A stretch of 64,000 bases of DNA from Moniliella sp. 'wahieum'. Its lineage: Eukaryota. Location: NCBI GenBank assembly GCA_003971905.1, contig RSEE01000020.1, positions 682,001 to 746,000 on the forward strand, read 5' to 3'. Numbering within the stretch: the stretch's first letter is position 1; every line of letters begins with the position of its first letter. This document shows positions 40,266 to 52,635 of the stretch, one piece after another. Position numbers and translations under genes: made by a program. The notes under the pieces are model-generated. The model did no database searches. It was not told the DNA's origin and saw only the letters and a program-made list of their open reading frames with translations.

Positions 40266-41263
40266 ACTCTTGATGCCTTGTTGCCCGTACGGGACCGGCT
40301 CATCTTCTCTCTCTCTCTCTCCTCATATTCCACGTCCCCTCTCCTCGCTTCCCATACCTCGCGCTCTCCCATATATCTGAACGATCCGAACTCTGATCTG
40401 AACAATGTCTGGCTCCTTTTTTCCCGCATATTCCCACGCGACTGTTGCATCCCATCCCATCCTCTCCTCCCTCCCAGGCAGAGGAGAGGCCAACCTACCC
40501 ACGAGACAGAACTGTACCATGGCTCAACAGACGATAGAGGAAAGGTGCGTAACAATGGGGGAATCCACAGGGGCTTGGAGACACACTTGTATCGTGGTTG
40601 TGCCTCGCGGGAATTGGGACCAAGCCAGCACGTAGGCCCAGGCGGCCTTCCCCTACCCCTGTTATCCGAGGCGAGACGAGACAGAAAAAAAGTGGGACAG
40701 CGAAACGGGCGAGCGGAAAGGGAAAGGGAAGGGAAAGGGAAAGGGAAAGGGAAAGGGAAAGGGAGATGGGGATGGATACTGGATAAGGACTAGATGGATG
40801 CGGGTAGGCACGCTTGTATCGTGCTTGTGCCTCCTAATGCGCATCTTGCATCATCGATCATCTTGGATCCTAGGTGGGTTACTTCTCCCTCGTATAGCCC
40901 CATCGTCAATGCGAACCATGCGAGAGAGAAGAGATAGAGTAATGGTGCGAGGGGGAAGGGGCGCGTTGAGAGACATGCTTGTATCGTGCTGTGCCTCATC
41001 GCGCGTGGATCAACTCACGCGCAGGCTCACGCCCCCCCCCCTCAATCTCATCCCAACCCAGAGTGAAATAGTCTGGGCGAGAGAAACAATCCGAGGCAGA
41101 AAAGGAGAAACAACAGGAGGAGTAGGACAAATGGACAGGTGGGGACGTAAACAAACAAACAAAAAGTAGGTGGTGTTAACAGGGGATGAGCAGCAACCAA
41201 CCAACCAACCAGCGCAGCCAACCAACATCTAGGCCAACCAGACAACACGCCAGTAAAGCTGAT

Positions 41264-42479
41264 TCAGTGCCGCCGGCCATCGGCCATGCGCTCCTCTTGT
41301 CGCCGGAGCGGCGGGATGGGCGGGATGGGGTGGGCGCTGGACCAGCTGGGCGAAGGCGCCATGGGGAGCAGCGTGCCGCCACCCTCCTCGGGGGAGGGCG
41401 GCCCTCGGCCTGGTCACGTGCCTCTTCATCCTCAGCCACTTGGGCTGCCAGTTCCGGGTCAATCGATTCCTCCTCCGCTCCGGGCAGAGGCAGACCATGA
41501 ATGACGATCGGTGGTGCGCGGCGGTAGGGCTGACCAATGGTGCGTACCACATGTTCAATCCCTTGCATCAACAGCAACTCTTCATCCAGTACCGCAATGG
41601 CCTTCTTGCCGTTCAGATTGATAAACCCGCGACGAAATTCGTTGGCAGCCTGAGCCAAAGCCGGCGCTTCGCGCACCGAAGGCGCCTCAATCAGGGGGGG
41701 ATGGACACTTCGCGTCCTTCGGCTTTGGCACGCGCCACCGCCGCTTCCTGCCGTGCCGTCAACAAGTCCTCAATCCGCTGCCGGGCCACTTCCACGTGCT
41801 TCTCGCGGTAATGAGCAAGCGAATTGTCTTGCCTTGTGAACCGCGAGTTGCAGTTCCGGAACAGGCAGCGGAACCGCTTGGTAGAGCCGTGGTCGTACGC
41901 CAGTGCCGCCAGCATGGCCCGTCGTACTGAACGTTAAGTTGCATCCAGCCCCCCACACGGGTGCCGTTTCTTCCCATCTACCAGATGGGCGCAATCTTCG
42001 GGCGGACGCGGGGATGCGCATCAAACTGCTGCGGAACGGGGCCTAGGGACGGGGGGGTCACAGGCACGTTCAATAGCAAGAGGCAAGAGAAAAGAGAAAG
42101 AAAACAAGACGTACCAGGTCCAGGCGTCACCGCGAGCCACGCGCCGACACGAGCGAGGACGCATTGGGGTCGCGGTAGCGCGTGTCAGCGTACGGTTCCC
42201 ACCGCTCCCTGCATAGGTGGCAGGTAGGGTTTGGCTGTCCCAGGATCCACGACCGTAGGACGGTGTCGGCTCGTACCGTGGCTGCTCCGTCTCGCTCTCC
42301 GTGCTGGCGGGGACGGTGAGGCCATTGTGAACATAAACATGGTTGGAAGACGAAACGTGGGGCGCAGAGGGCTGCGAAGGGACCATGACAGGTTGGGCCG
42401 GAACCAAGGAAGGGTCTTGGCTGGCGTAAGGTTCCGCCGAGTAGGGTGGGCCCTCGGCCAAGGCCAGGGACGAGTTCAT
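41264..42479 (-). CDS. Nrg1-like two-finger C2H2 transcription factor (intron ~42029-42114; ends approximate)
   Basis: Frameshift-corrected KRHPC..GCNLTFSTTGHA.RHWRT.H, followed by FRCLFRNCNSRFTRQDNSLAHYREKH. This resembles Nrg1 TTSGHLARH..RFSRHDNCLQHYRTH. Confidence 0.7.
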
Positions 42480-43794
42480 GATCCGACATAGTCCTGGGCG
42501 AGAGGGTAGGAAACGCGGTACTCGGGCGAGGCGGGGCGGTAGGGCACGGCAGCCGCGTGGGAATCCGCGCGGGGGCGGACAGAACGGTCGTCGACAAAGT
42601 ACGAGGGCCGCGACGCCATACCACCCTGCGAACCGGGCACGAGGGGCGGCGCAAAGCTCGGAGCCGACTGGATGCGGAACGGCTGCCGGGGTTGGGTAGA
42701 CTAAAGTAGTCCACCTGCCCGGGCCAGGCGGGGGTGGAGCTGGCCGAGGTGGGGTTGGTGGGGTCGAGAGGAGGACCGGGGCCGATGGCCAGGCGGGTTC
42801 GGCCAAGCCGGAGGCAGCGGTTGGGTCCGGCGGAACGGAGACTGGGGCGGAGCCAGCGGTGGGGACTGAGGCGGGGAGGTGTGTGGCGCCCGAACACGCT
42901 TGATCGGCGGTTCTTTGGTTGCGGGCGAAGGGGGGTCGGGAGCCAGGGGAGTGGCAGAGGCGGGGTAGGGAAGGACAGGCAGGCTGCCGGAGGCGGTGGT
43001 GGGGTAGGAGCCGTAGGACAGAGCGGGCATGCTGGCGCTGGGCAGGGAAGCGGTGGGGCGGGCATGGGGCGCCGAGAGCAGACGACGCGCAGCGCCCGGG
43101 GGTGGCGAGGGCGTCGAGGAGGGTGCGGAGGGTGCGGAGGTGGTCGGGGGCAGGAGGGGAAGGGAGGGAGGGGTGGGGAGAAGGAAGGGGCGGGAAGGGG
43201 GCCAAGGGGAGCGAGGGAGCGGCGAGAGATGGGCGGTGCGGGGGGGCAGCGTGTGGGCGCAGGCGGCGAGGTGCACGGAGGACGGAGGGCGGGTGCGGCG
43301 TAGTTCCTGGCGCCTGACGCGTGACGCTCGATCACGGTCACGGTGCGTGGTGAGCGGTGACGGTGGGGCTCGCCGACGCGTGAGTGGGACGCTGGGCCGG
43401 GGGCATGTGCATGTGCTGCTGGCGCTGCTGCTGCCCGGTGCGCCAGCCCAGCACACAGCACTGCGGCTGCCCCCCCGCCCCCCCGGCGACAGCCTGCTGC
43501 AGCGCTGCAGCCACGCCCAGCTAGCTCGCAAGCTGTCGGACACACACTGGCCGGTGCCGCGCCTCCACCCGCCGCGGCCGGTGCCGAGCGTCCTGCGCTG
43601 CCAGCAGTACTGCAGCAAGGCTAATCCGCGCAATCAGCCTAAGCCTTAGTAGCGCTTGGCTCAGCGCCACGCACTACGCAGCACCCACCCGCCCCGCCCT
43701 GCAGTGCCGCACAGCGCACGCGACGTACGGGCAGGCACCAGCCGCCGCACACTGCCCCCATGCGACACGCACCCTGTCCCACCCTGCCTCCTGG

Positions 43795-45160
43795 GTGTGA
43801 CATGTGACATGAGGCATGTGATATGCATGACATGCACGGTGGCTGCCTGGTGGTCACGGATCACGCGTCGCCTCCGGTTAATATTTCATCCGGGTTACAT
43901 GTTACTAACCGGCTCGTAACGCGCCACGCGTAACGCGTAGCAGGCAACACCCAAAGGCTGCCGGCTGCGGTTACCTTACCGTTGTCCGAGGTACGCGGTA
44001 TCGCGTTACGCGTTGGGTTGATCAGAGACCCAAGGGGCTAGGGTAGGCCTGGAAAGACTGGACAGGCTAGGACTGTTACATGTTAGGCCTTAGGCCTAAT
44101 TTTAGGACCAGCCGGGTGCCGAAATCCGGTGTTCTGCATATCATGACGGTGGCGACATGATGCATGATGCATGACCGGTGACCGTTACCGGGCACGGCCT
44201 AGTCACACTTCAAGCTTCAAGCTTCAGATCGTGCTTCAGAGGCCTCAGCTCAGGACTGAGGCTCAGGGCTGAAGCTGAGGCTGAGGTCCTGAGCTCAGGC
44301 CTGAGGCCCGGCCGGAGGCCGGAGGCCCTAGACCCACCTGGCCCACCCGCTGCGACGCGATGGGGGTATGACCGGGCAGGGTCTCCTCTCCCATGCGCAT
44401 GTGGAACGCTCAGCCTGAGCTCAGTACCAGTGCACTGAGGCTCAGTGCTTCAGGACTCAGTCAAAGAGATCTTAGTAACTCAGTTACTCAGTACTCACCG
44501 AGTACTCAATACTCTGAGCGTCGACGTGTGGCGTGTGACGTGTGACGCGTTGATGACGTTGAACGTTGACGCACGTTGACCGTTGGCGACGCTAACGCGT
44601 TGACGCACTTTGACGTTTGAATTTGATGTTTGACGCGTTGACGCGGTTGACATTGAACGCATGTTGAACGTGGAAGATTGACGTACGTAGGTTCGGAGGT
44701 CAGGTTCGGAGGTCAGGTTCGGAGGTCATCGATCATCGATTCTCGATCATCGATTATCAGAACCATGCGCTGGCGCAGAGGAGGGGGATCGAGTGAATCA
44801 AAGGGTGACGTCAGTGATCACGGTGTTCGAAACGCTTTTCCATTGTCATCAGCGTAATCGGTGTAACATGTAGCGTGCAACGGATGTATAACGAGTAACC
44901 CTGTAACACAGAACCCTTGTGATGAATACTTATCATTGCCTTTTGAGAGTGCGCATTGAAAATCCTCGTGCTCATGCGCTCAAGCTCTCAGATCTCTCAA
45001 TCTCAAGCTTCAACTGAAGCTTCAACCTTTTCAAGCATCAATGCAAATCTTTGCATTCTTCTTGGCGCGCACCGGTCCCTACTGGACCCCTACCTCCCCC
45101 GGGTCGGCCACCAGTTGCTACGTGACGTAGTCACTGGTCACCGGTCACCGTGACTTGTCC
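43795..45160. repeat. Dense field of TNA-centred palindromic micro-repeats, including 13-bp AGGTTCGGAGGTC x3 (44689-44727)
   Basis: Successive CATGATG, GGTGACC, CTTCAAG, CCTGAGG, ACTCAGT, GTTGAAC, GATCATC and GGTCACC units. Confidence 0.85.
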
Positions 45161-45899
45161 CCGGCCCGCTACAGTAGCTGCTCGTCACGCGTCATACATA
45201 ATGCGTGATGCGGTGACGGGTTATGCGGTCGTCTAGATCACATGCCTCGTCGTTTGGCTATGCCCCCTCCCATTCACGCACGGTTCTTACCCACTTCAGC
45301 TGGAAGCAGCATGCCGCCTAGAGTCTACTCTTGGCGAGTGGGTTAGGTGTGCCTGATCCGTGATCGACCCCATGGACTGTCTGAGTATAGCTGGTCATTA
45401 TAATAATTGCACGCGTCTTCAAAAAAAAAGTTCTCCACCTTCGATGAGACCCTATTTCTATCCGACTTGAAGCTTGATCTCCCATATTTTCTGCCCTGTT
45501 GTGCCCCCGAGGTCTGACGGACTGCTCTCTTGGATCGACTCTCCCCATCATCGACATCTGAACGATGGTCTGCTCTCAGATCTCATTAGTTATTCTTACA
45601 ACACAGGATTACTGTAATGTACTAGGAAATGCTTCTCTATACCCTGCCGTCAAAGAGGCTTTCTCTGTCCCAGACCTGTGAGGCCTACTTATGACATGCG
45701 GTAGTTCCGACATTGCACGAGAAATGTATACTCAACACACCATTTACCGAGGGTAAGGCTCGGATAAAACAGGAGATGGAGATGGGGAAAGGATGATGAT
45801 CATATTCATCGAGTGTGGAAAGAGGGCAAGGCATATATATATCGGAGAAGAAGAGAACATGCGAGCTGAGTCACTAGTTACACGAAAGAAGAAGGGGAG

Positions 45900-47010
45900 C
45901 ATAGTCAAAGGGGGAAAACAGAGTCTAGAACAGATCAGGGATAAGTCAACTTGGTGATCAAATGGTGATCAAGTGGGTCTGATCCCGACATGGGACAAAG
46001 AAAGGCTGCCCTATCAAGCTCGCTCATCCGGTGTGTGCTTCGACATCACAGTGAACTAAAGTCCCTGCACGTCCGTCGTCACGGCCACAAAATAAGAAAA
46101 TGCGGCTCTTGAGTGCGTCCCTAATACATGTAATGGCGTTCTTGTCGCATTCTGGTTGCTCCCACAGTCGAGGTATCTCCCTTTCCCAGTGGTGCACACA
46201 GGTCTCGCGCTTCCCTCGTATACCATCTTCGGGTACGCCTCAACCATATAGCCCCTTTTGAGCTCCAATCCCTTCAAAGGCGTGGTCCAACGCCTTCATT
46301 CCTGCTCCTTCGAACGCTGTAGTAGTGATCCCACTGCTCGGTTGTCCGTAAGCCTCATCACCTTCCGTCTAGAGGAAAAAGGATAAGCAATCGCTGCACG
46401 GTAAACCACGCCCTGAGAGAGAGAGAGACACACAAAGGGGTCAAGGAAGATCTAGAACAGGGTCATATACGCACAGCCGGTGGGAATGTGTGTGTGTCCC
46501 GTCATTAATCGTTGATCATTCCGTCCACACCATGCCTCGTCCTTCCTCCACCGTCGACTGGTTGATAATGTGGGTGTCCCAGAGTGGCATGCACCATCCT
46601 TAGGGAAAGGAGAACCCTTTTGGACTTGGGTGCTGGTACAAGCCAAAATGTGGACGCCTGGATGAATCATCGACACCGTCTATTATACGTTAAAAAACGA
46701 CCTCACATAGGCATTTTTCAACGCATGTGGCCCTTTTCTATGGCAAAACCCATTTGGAACATGTTTTCTCGCCTGGAGGCGGTGTTGTTTTACTGTTATA
46801 CTTTTCTGACAATCGGCGATGTTCTCTCTCTTATCCTTTTGTTCCTCAGCTTCCTCCTGGAGAGAGCAACATCAAAAACCACTGTCTTCTTTGCTCCGCT
46901 GAGCGCTGATGAGAATCCAACGTTCAAGGTACAAGACACGTTTGCAACAAAAGCTTTCTTGTTCCATCACAGATATGTCGACCTGTTACACATATTGCCT
47001 TGCATTTCTA
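45900..47010 (-). pseudogene. Heavily decayed, lower-GC gene relic related to the 435-bp repeat; possibly a FunK1-type kinase
   Basis: The reverse complement of 46100-46185 gives WEREIPRLWEQPECDKNA..GTHSRA and shares CAGAATGCGACAAGAACGCC and AGGGACGCACTCAAGA with the repeat. Upstream are faint AIEKGH and GACHSGT motifs. Confidence 0.45.
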
Positions 47011-47309
47011 GCTGTCAGGAAACGGGAGATGGAGGAAAGGGGAGCAGATGGATTGGTATACATTGATGGACGGACTGGAGGCATAAGTATCTCAGAAGGA
47101 AGGGGGCATAGTCGAAAAGAGAGGTGGACACAGGATCTCCCATAACTGATAGGAATCACGTCATCGTGCCCATAAGGGCCCCTTAGCAGGGCGTGGTTCC
47201 GACACTAGCCGTCATTGCAATAACTTTTCATCCACATCCGTGCAAGTACTGTTAGTGGTGCTTGGTCATCCCGGTCTCTTCGGTTTGTGTACCCACAACA
47301 GTACTATAT

Positions 47310-48275
47310 GATGATCATTAAGCATGCATCATGTCACGTTCATTTCGGAACCGATTCAATCTGTACTCATCTAAGATCTAAATGCGCTTCTATGCTTCGC
47401 TTGAGCTTGACATCTGAGATTTGAGAAGATCTCAGCTCTGAGGTTGAACTTGAGTAGCTTGATTGGACGAGTAAATGTTTGCGAAGGAAGGCGAGGCCGG
47501 CGAGGATCACACCGTGGTTACCGGTTACCGGTTTTACCGCGGTCACCGTCACCAGGCACTTGGCCCGGGCCTGTCACATGCATGTCGGCATCACGATCAG
47601 ACCTACCTCCGTCAGATTCAGGCCCCTTAGGCCTGAGCCTCTCAGGCCTCAGATCTCGGATCCCTCAGACTGATATCGGCGCCTTCTTGCCGGTAGGTTC
47701 CTGTGGACATGGGACACAGTCGCTAAAAATAGATTGGGGGATCCTCGATCCCCGGTCCACTCGATCTATTCCCGTTCCGAAAACTGTCTCACAGGGCTGG
47801 TGCTGTACTGCCTGTACTGAGTACTGACATATTCCGATGAGTCGTGGCGGGTTGTTGAGACACTGACCGTTGAGGTGTTGAGGCCGCCTGAGGCCTGAGG
47901 GTCTGATCGACTGATTAGTCTAACTAAGGCACACCAGGTCGGGTCAGAGGTTTGAGGCCCGAGACCTAAGGCCCGCTCTGGAATGCCTAACGTGCTACGC
48001 AATTTGAATGAATGTTTCTCGGCTCATGCACTCATGCGCTATGAGGCTCAGCGCTCAGCGTTCGCGCTCAGCCGCTTATGTATATAGCCCACAGCTCGGC
48101 AATCTCGGGCTTTGGCTCTCGCGTTCAATCAACGTTCAACGTTCACGGTGTCGCGTACGTTCAACGGTTACACGTTGACAACACATTTACGCCGTCACGC
48201 GCTGGTACGTGTTATGCGTTACGCGTTCGCTTCAAGTTGAAGCTTCAAGCTTCAAGCTTCAAGCCTGAAATTTGA
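47310..48275. repeat. Dense field of TNA-centred palindromic micro-repeats
   Basis: TCTAAGA, GGTTACC, CCTGAGG x2 (47887), ACTGAGT, GCTCAGC x2 (48046), GTTCAAC, CTTCAAG x3 (48243). Confidence 0.85.
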
Positions 48276-48865
48276 AAGACCGCCTCGGTGTATCCAGCGC
48301 GAGAGAGGCTCCTAAGGCTGGAAACAGAGATCGCATGCGTTCTCACATGCTCACATCGAATCCGTCTCTCGCCGTCGGCCTTCCTTCCATATGTTTTCTT
48401 TCTTTCTCAGCCTATAGTCTCCTTCTCTTCATTTTGGTTTTGTTGTGACGTGGAGATGATGACTTTACCCGGACAGATCCTGAGCGACGCTGGCACTTCA
48501 GGCCACTAGCCACTGTTCTGTCCGCGCGTCTGAGCCTTCCTTTTTGTGCTCGGCTGGGTTCGCCTCGCCTCCTCTTTCTTTCCCCGACCGACATCGCTTC
48601 CACGCTTCCACGCTTCCACGCTTCCACACCATAATACTTCGTTCACCCTCCGTGCTCGTGATCGACTCCCTAACTCCGACATTCAGTGAGTCAGGAAGGG
48701 CCACCTGATTGCGGCCAGTTTACCACGGCGCGCGCAACAGATCCTAATAACCGCAATCGCATGGCACTGTGTGCCAGCTGTCGCAACACCGTGGCTACTG
48801 GGGTGGAACAAAGTAGAGGGTACCATTTTCTCCAACATCTTTGCCCAGTCGTATAAAACACCACG

Positions 48866-49692
48866 TGTCACGGGCGGGCGCCGCCAGGGGGCCCGCCCTG
48901 GGGTTTTTTGGGATACAATCCCTTAGGCGACGGTAGGTCGGCTCACGGTAGTTTCGGGATCGGGCTGGTTGGTGTATCCGAGCGGAGCTAGGGACGAGGA
49001 GAGGCCTTTGGTGGGGCGGCTGCACGTGTGGCAAGGCTGCGTCTGCACCGGCTTGGGCCGTAGTAACGTGTCTGAAGCCTCCGGGACTTAGGGACGGGAG
49101 GAGGAGACAGTGGCGGACAAACACTGCCTCAACTGAGACTGGAAATCGACGCGGCCAGAGGAGGGCTCGCGCGACTGGACTGACGAATGGCTGGAGGACG
49201 AGATCGGAGGAGATGTCGGACGGTAACAAAAGTAGGCTGCCTGTACTGGATCAATTGGCTGGAAAACGGGCAGGAGTCGGACAGGATAGGCGAGAGGGTA
49301 GACGAGGGGGTTGAGACGAGAATGGAAGGTGGGGGAAAAGATCCCCATCAACCAGGGGCACAGGCAGGATCAAAAGGGAAACGGATACAAGAGGGGGTGT
49401 AGAAAGGAAGACATGTCAGAAGCGGCCCGGTTGGTCGCCACAGGCGCGACCGAGAAAGGAAACGGAAACGGGGACGGGACGGCAGATGCCGCCACGGTAC
49501 TGGAAGCTCGGTGGCCTTATTTAGGCCGGCCGACTTGGACTTGGGCGGGGGGGCGACTATTGTCGCACGGAGCATGGCCCTTCGGCCACGATACTTAATT
49601 TAGCCAACCATCATCACACTTGGTTTTGGCCTGCGGAGCAGGCGGGCCTTAGCTTCGGTCGGACCATCTCGAGTCCGCCGCAGCCCGTGACA
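48866..49692 (-). mobile_element. Solo LTR (or short TG..CA element), 827 bp, with 10-bp terminal inverted repeats and a perfect 5-bp TSD
   Basis: CCACG|TGTCACGGGC ... GCCCGTGACA|CCACG (TSD at 48861-48865 and 49693-49697). A TAAATAA box followed by a pyrimidine-rich tract on the - strand suggests the orientation. Confidence 0.88.
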
Positions 49693-50508
49693 CCACGCAA
49701 TCATCGTAGTCCTACACTAGTCGAGAGAGCCCCAACGTCTCAAAGGTACTCAACCACAGTCAGGAAGCTTCGGCCCCCAATGACACCACAGTTGTTTCTT
49801 CAAGGTTCATGTGCCAGGACATTTATAGAGATGCACTGAGCCTGGTTTCCCGTCACTTACGAAGTGCAGTTATGTGGTCGGTGAGTCCGGCTGAGCCTAC
49901 GCCTCTTCGCCTTCTTAACCCCGACAAGCACTGCTCCCAGGCGGCCAAGGGCTTCCTTTGGCCTTCCACACATCGAGAGTGGGACCCCGATCCCACTGAG
50001 GGTGGTCGATTATACATTATGGCCAATGGTACTGCCAACTCCTCTTCGTTGAGTGGAAGATGACGTCGGTGTCAGAGCTGATCCGATCTAAGATAGTCTG
50101 ATCCGAGCAAAGACATGTCTGCTCTACCCACGCCCAACCAAAAGTCGACCGGTTGAACCACGTCCGGTGGCCCGAGCGGATTGAAGCCAGGCTCTAATAC
50201 TTCTATTTATCGGGATGCACACGTCCAGCACATTTTACCGGCCACTACCACCCACTCTTCCTCTTGTTGTCCGCCCGATCGCCTATCAAAACGCTGCATG
50301 CCGTGGATAGAATTATGGAGAGAGTCGCAATCGGTTGTTTTGTGGAATAACGCCGACACAAAGCAAATAGCCATTTAAGGTTTTCTTGTTGTGAGCTCCT
50401 CGTGTCAAAAGGAGACTTGGATTGGATATGCTAAGAGGGGAGACAGGGAGGAATGCACAATGCGGCATCACAGTACGGCAGGACCATCGGAAGGAGGCGA
50501 GCGTACAC

Positions 50509-52233
50509 TTAGAAGCCCATGCCGCCCATACCACCCATACCGCCCATGGGGGGCATGCCACCCGCCGGGCCCTTCTCCTCCGGAGCGTCGACAATGCAGC
50601 ATTCGGACGTGGTCAGAAGCGACGCAACGCCCGCCGCGTCCTGAAGCGAGGTACGGATGACCTTGAGCGGGTCCAAGATCCCGGCCGCGCTCAGGTCCTT
50701 GAACTCGGCCGTGGCAGCATCGTAGCCGTAGCTAAAGTTGTCCAGGTGCGACTCGAGCAGCCGGCCAACGACCACCGAGCCCTCCTCCCCGGCATTCTCC
50801 ACAATCTGCCGCGTCGGCCGCGTCAGCGCCGCCTTGATGATCGACACACCCAATTGCTGATCAAAGTTGGCAGTCTTGACCGCCCCGAGGGCCTGGGTGG
50901 CCTTGAGCAGCGCCGTGCCACCACCGGGCACCACACCCTCCTCCACCGCAGCACGAGTCGCGTTCAGCGCATCGTCGTACCGGTCCTTCTCCCCCACCTC
51001 CACCTCCGAGGAACCACCCACCTTGATCACCGCCACACCACCCGACAGCTTGGCCAGGCGCTCCTGCAGCTTCGACTTGTCGTACTCCGACGTTGTCTCG
51101 TTGACAGCGGCGCGGATCTGCTCGCAGCGGTAGGCAAGCGCGTCCTTAGAGCCAGCGCCGTTAAGGAAGATAGTGTCCTCCTTGGTGATTGTGATGGATT
51201 CGGCCGAGCCGAGCATGTCGGGCGTGGCCCGCTCCAGCTTGATCTCCAGCTCGTCAGAGAAGACGGTACCGCCAGTCAGGATACCCAGGTCGCCGAGGAT
51301 CGACTTGCGGTTGTCGCCAAAGCCGGGGGCCTTGACTGCGCACACCGACAGCTGGCCACGCAGCTTGTTCAGAATGCAAGCCGCCAACGCCTCGCCATCC
51401 ACATCCTCAGCAATGATCAGCAACGGGCGACGCAGCTTGGCGGCCGCCTCGAGCGAGGGAAGGATGTCTTGCAACACCGAGATCTTCTTCTCAGAAAGGA
51501 GGATCAGGGGCTTCTCAAACTCCACCTTCTGCGTCTTGACGTCGGTGATAAAGTAGGGGGAGATGTAGCCGCGGTCAAAGCGCATACCCTCGGTGATCTC
51601 AATCTCGTCCTCGAGGGTACGACCCTCCTTGACAGTGATCACACCCTCCTTGCCGACCTTCTCCATCGCAGTGGCAATCAGCTGGCCCACGTGCGTGTCG
51701 CCGTTGGCCGAAATGGTAGCGACCTGAGCAATCTCCTCCGAGGTGGTAACCGGCTTCTTGTGCTCCTCGAGGAACTTGATGACAGCCTCGACGGCAGCTT
51801 GGGTACCACGGCGAAGGTCCATAGGGTTGCACCCAGCCGCAACGTTCTTGACACCCTCAGCGTAGATGGCGCGAGCGAGGACAGTAGCGGCCGTCGTACC
51901 ATCGCCAGCCTCGTCGTTGGCCTTGTTCGCAACATCCTGCACCAGACGAGCACCCAGGTTCTCAAACTTGTCTTTCAGCTCAATTGCCTTGGCAACGGTA
52001 ACGCCGTCCTTGGTGATCTTGGGTCCGCCAAACGCCTGCTCGATAATGACGTTGCGACCCTTGGGGCCCATGGTGACGCTCACCGCGTCGGCGAGGAGGT
52101 TGACACCCTTGAGCATGGCCGCACGGCCATCGTTGCTGAACAGCACTTCCTTGTGCGCGTGAGCGGCAGCCGACGTGCTGAACGCCCGCGACGCACGCAG
52201 GGGCACCTTGGTAGCAGTACGGAGGAGCGACAT
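50509..52233 (-). CDS. HSP60: Mitochondrial chaperonin Hsp60
   Basis: 574-aa ORF with an Arg/Ser-rich presequence, [22 protein letters not shown] and a (GGM)n tail. Confidence 0.98.
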   Translation of the reverse strand: MSLLRTATKVPLRASRAFSTSAAAHAHKEVLFSNDGRAAMLKGVNLLADAVSVTMGPKGRNVIIEQAFGGPKITKDGVTVAKAIELKDKFENLGARLVQDVANKANDEAGDGTTAATVLARAIYAEGVKNVAAGCNPMDLRRGTQAAVEAVIKFLEEHKKPVTTSEEIAQVATISANGDTHVGQLIATAMEKVGKEGVITVKEGRTLEDEIEITEGMRFDRGYISPYFITDVKTQKVEFEKPLILLSEKKISVLQDILPSLEAAAKLRRPLLIIAEDVDGEALAACILNKLRGQLSVCAVKAPGFGDNRKSILGDLGILTGGTVFSDELEIKLERATPDMLGSAESITITKEDTIFLNGAGSKDALAYRCEQIRAAVNETTSEYDKSKLQERLAKLSGGVAVIKVGGSSEVEVGEKDRYDDALNATRAAVEEGVVPGGGTALLKATQALGAVKTANFDQQLGVSIIKAALTRPTRQIVENAGEEGSVVVGRLLESHLDNFSYGYDAATAEFKDLSAAGILDPLKVIRTSLQDAAGVASLLTTSECCIVDAPEEKGPAGGMPPMGGMGGMGGMGF

Positions 52234-52635
52234 CGCAGCTGCTGGGACGGGGAGAGGAGGTGGTGGGGAAAGCGGACGAAGAAGGACGGGGCGCGAGTGT
52301 ATTTAATGACCGACCGCTCCAGACCAGACGCGGGGAGAGACTGGGGCAGTGCCTGGAAGATTCCGCCGAAGCTACTGGAAGATGAAATGGACCGGAAGTG
52401 CTTTAAGCCACTGCCACACTCGCCCGTGCCTCCTGCGGCGGTGACCAACGTCGACGCAGAACCTCGGCGGCGGGGGCACGGGGCAGTGTATGTGCTCCCG
52501 CCCCGCTGTTAAAGCATCCTGGGGAAGCCTGGGGTCGGGTCCGCCGGCCCGAGCTTCGGGTGGACGGGCTACGCACGTTCCCCTCTTCCTGCCTCACCAC
52601 CACTTGCTTCTGTTACTTCCCCCCACACACTCGCC
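52234..52635. promoter_or_regulatory. Putative bidirectional HSP60/HSP10 promoter with HSE-like units
   Basis: 402 bp separate the divergent ATGs. GAAgaTTC lies at 52356-52363, with further GAA at 52368 and 52378. Confidence 0.6.

Noticed and set aside
42500..43650. Long overlapping Pro/Arg/Gly-rich ORFs on both strands (also 10.5-11.3 kb and 17.3-18.1 kb)
   Set aside because: Stop-poor GC-rich promoter or 5' UTR sequence with no recognisable domains.
48596..48627. (CGCTTCCA)x4, and (CTTCCAG)n near 58700, as heat-shock elements
   Set aside because: The TTC units are 7-8 bp apart and all in one orientation, not the alternating 5-bp HSE register. Simple slippage repeats explain them.
50422..52512. 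696-aa ORF antisense to HSP60, and similar antisense ORFs over aconitase, enolase and HSP70
   Set aside because: Shadow ORFs caused by strong codon bias in GC-rich, highly expressed genes, with no independent motifs.
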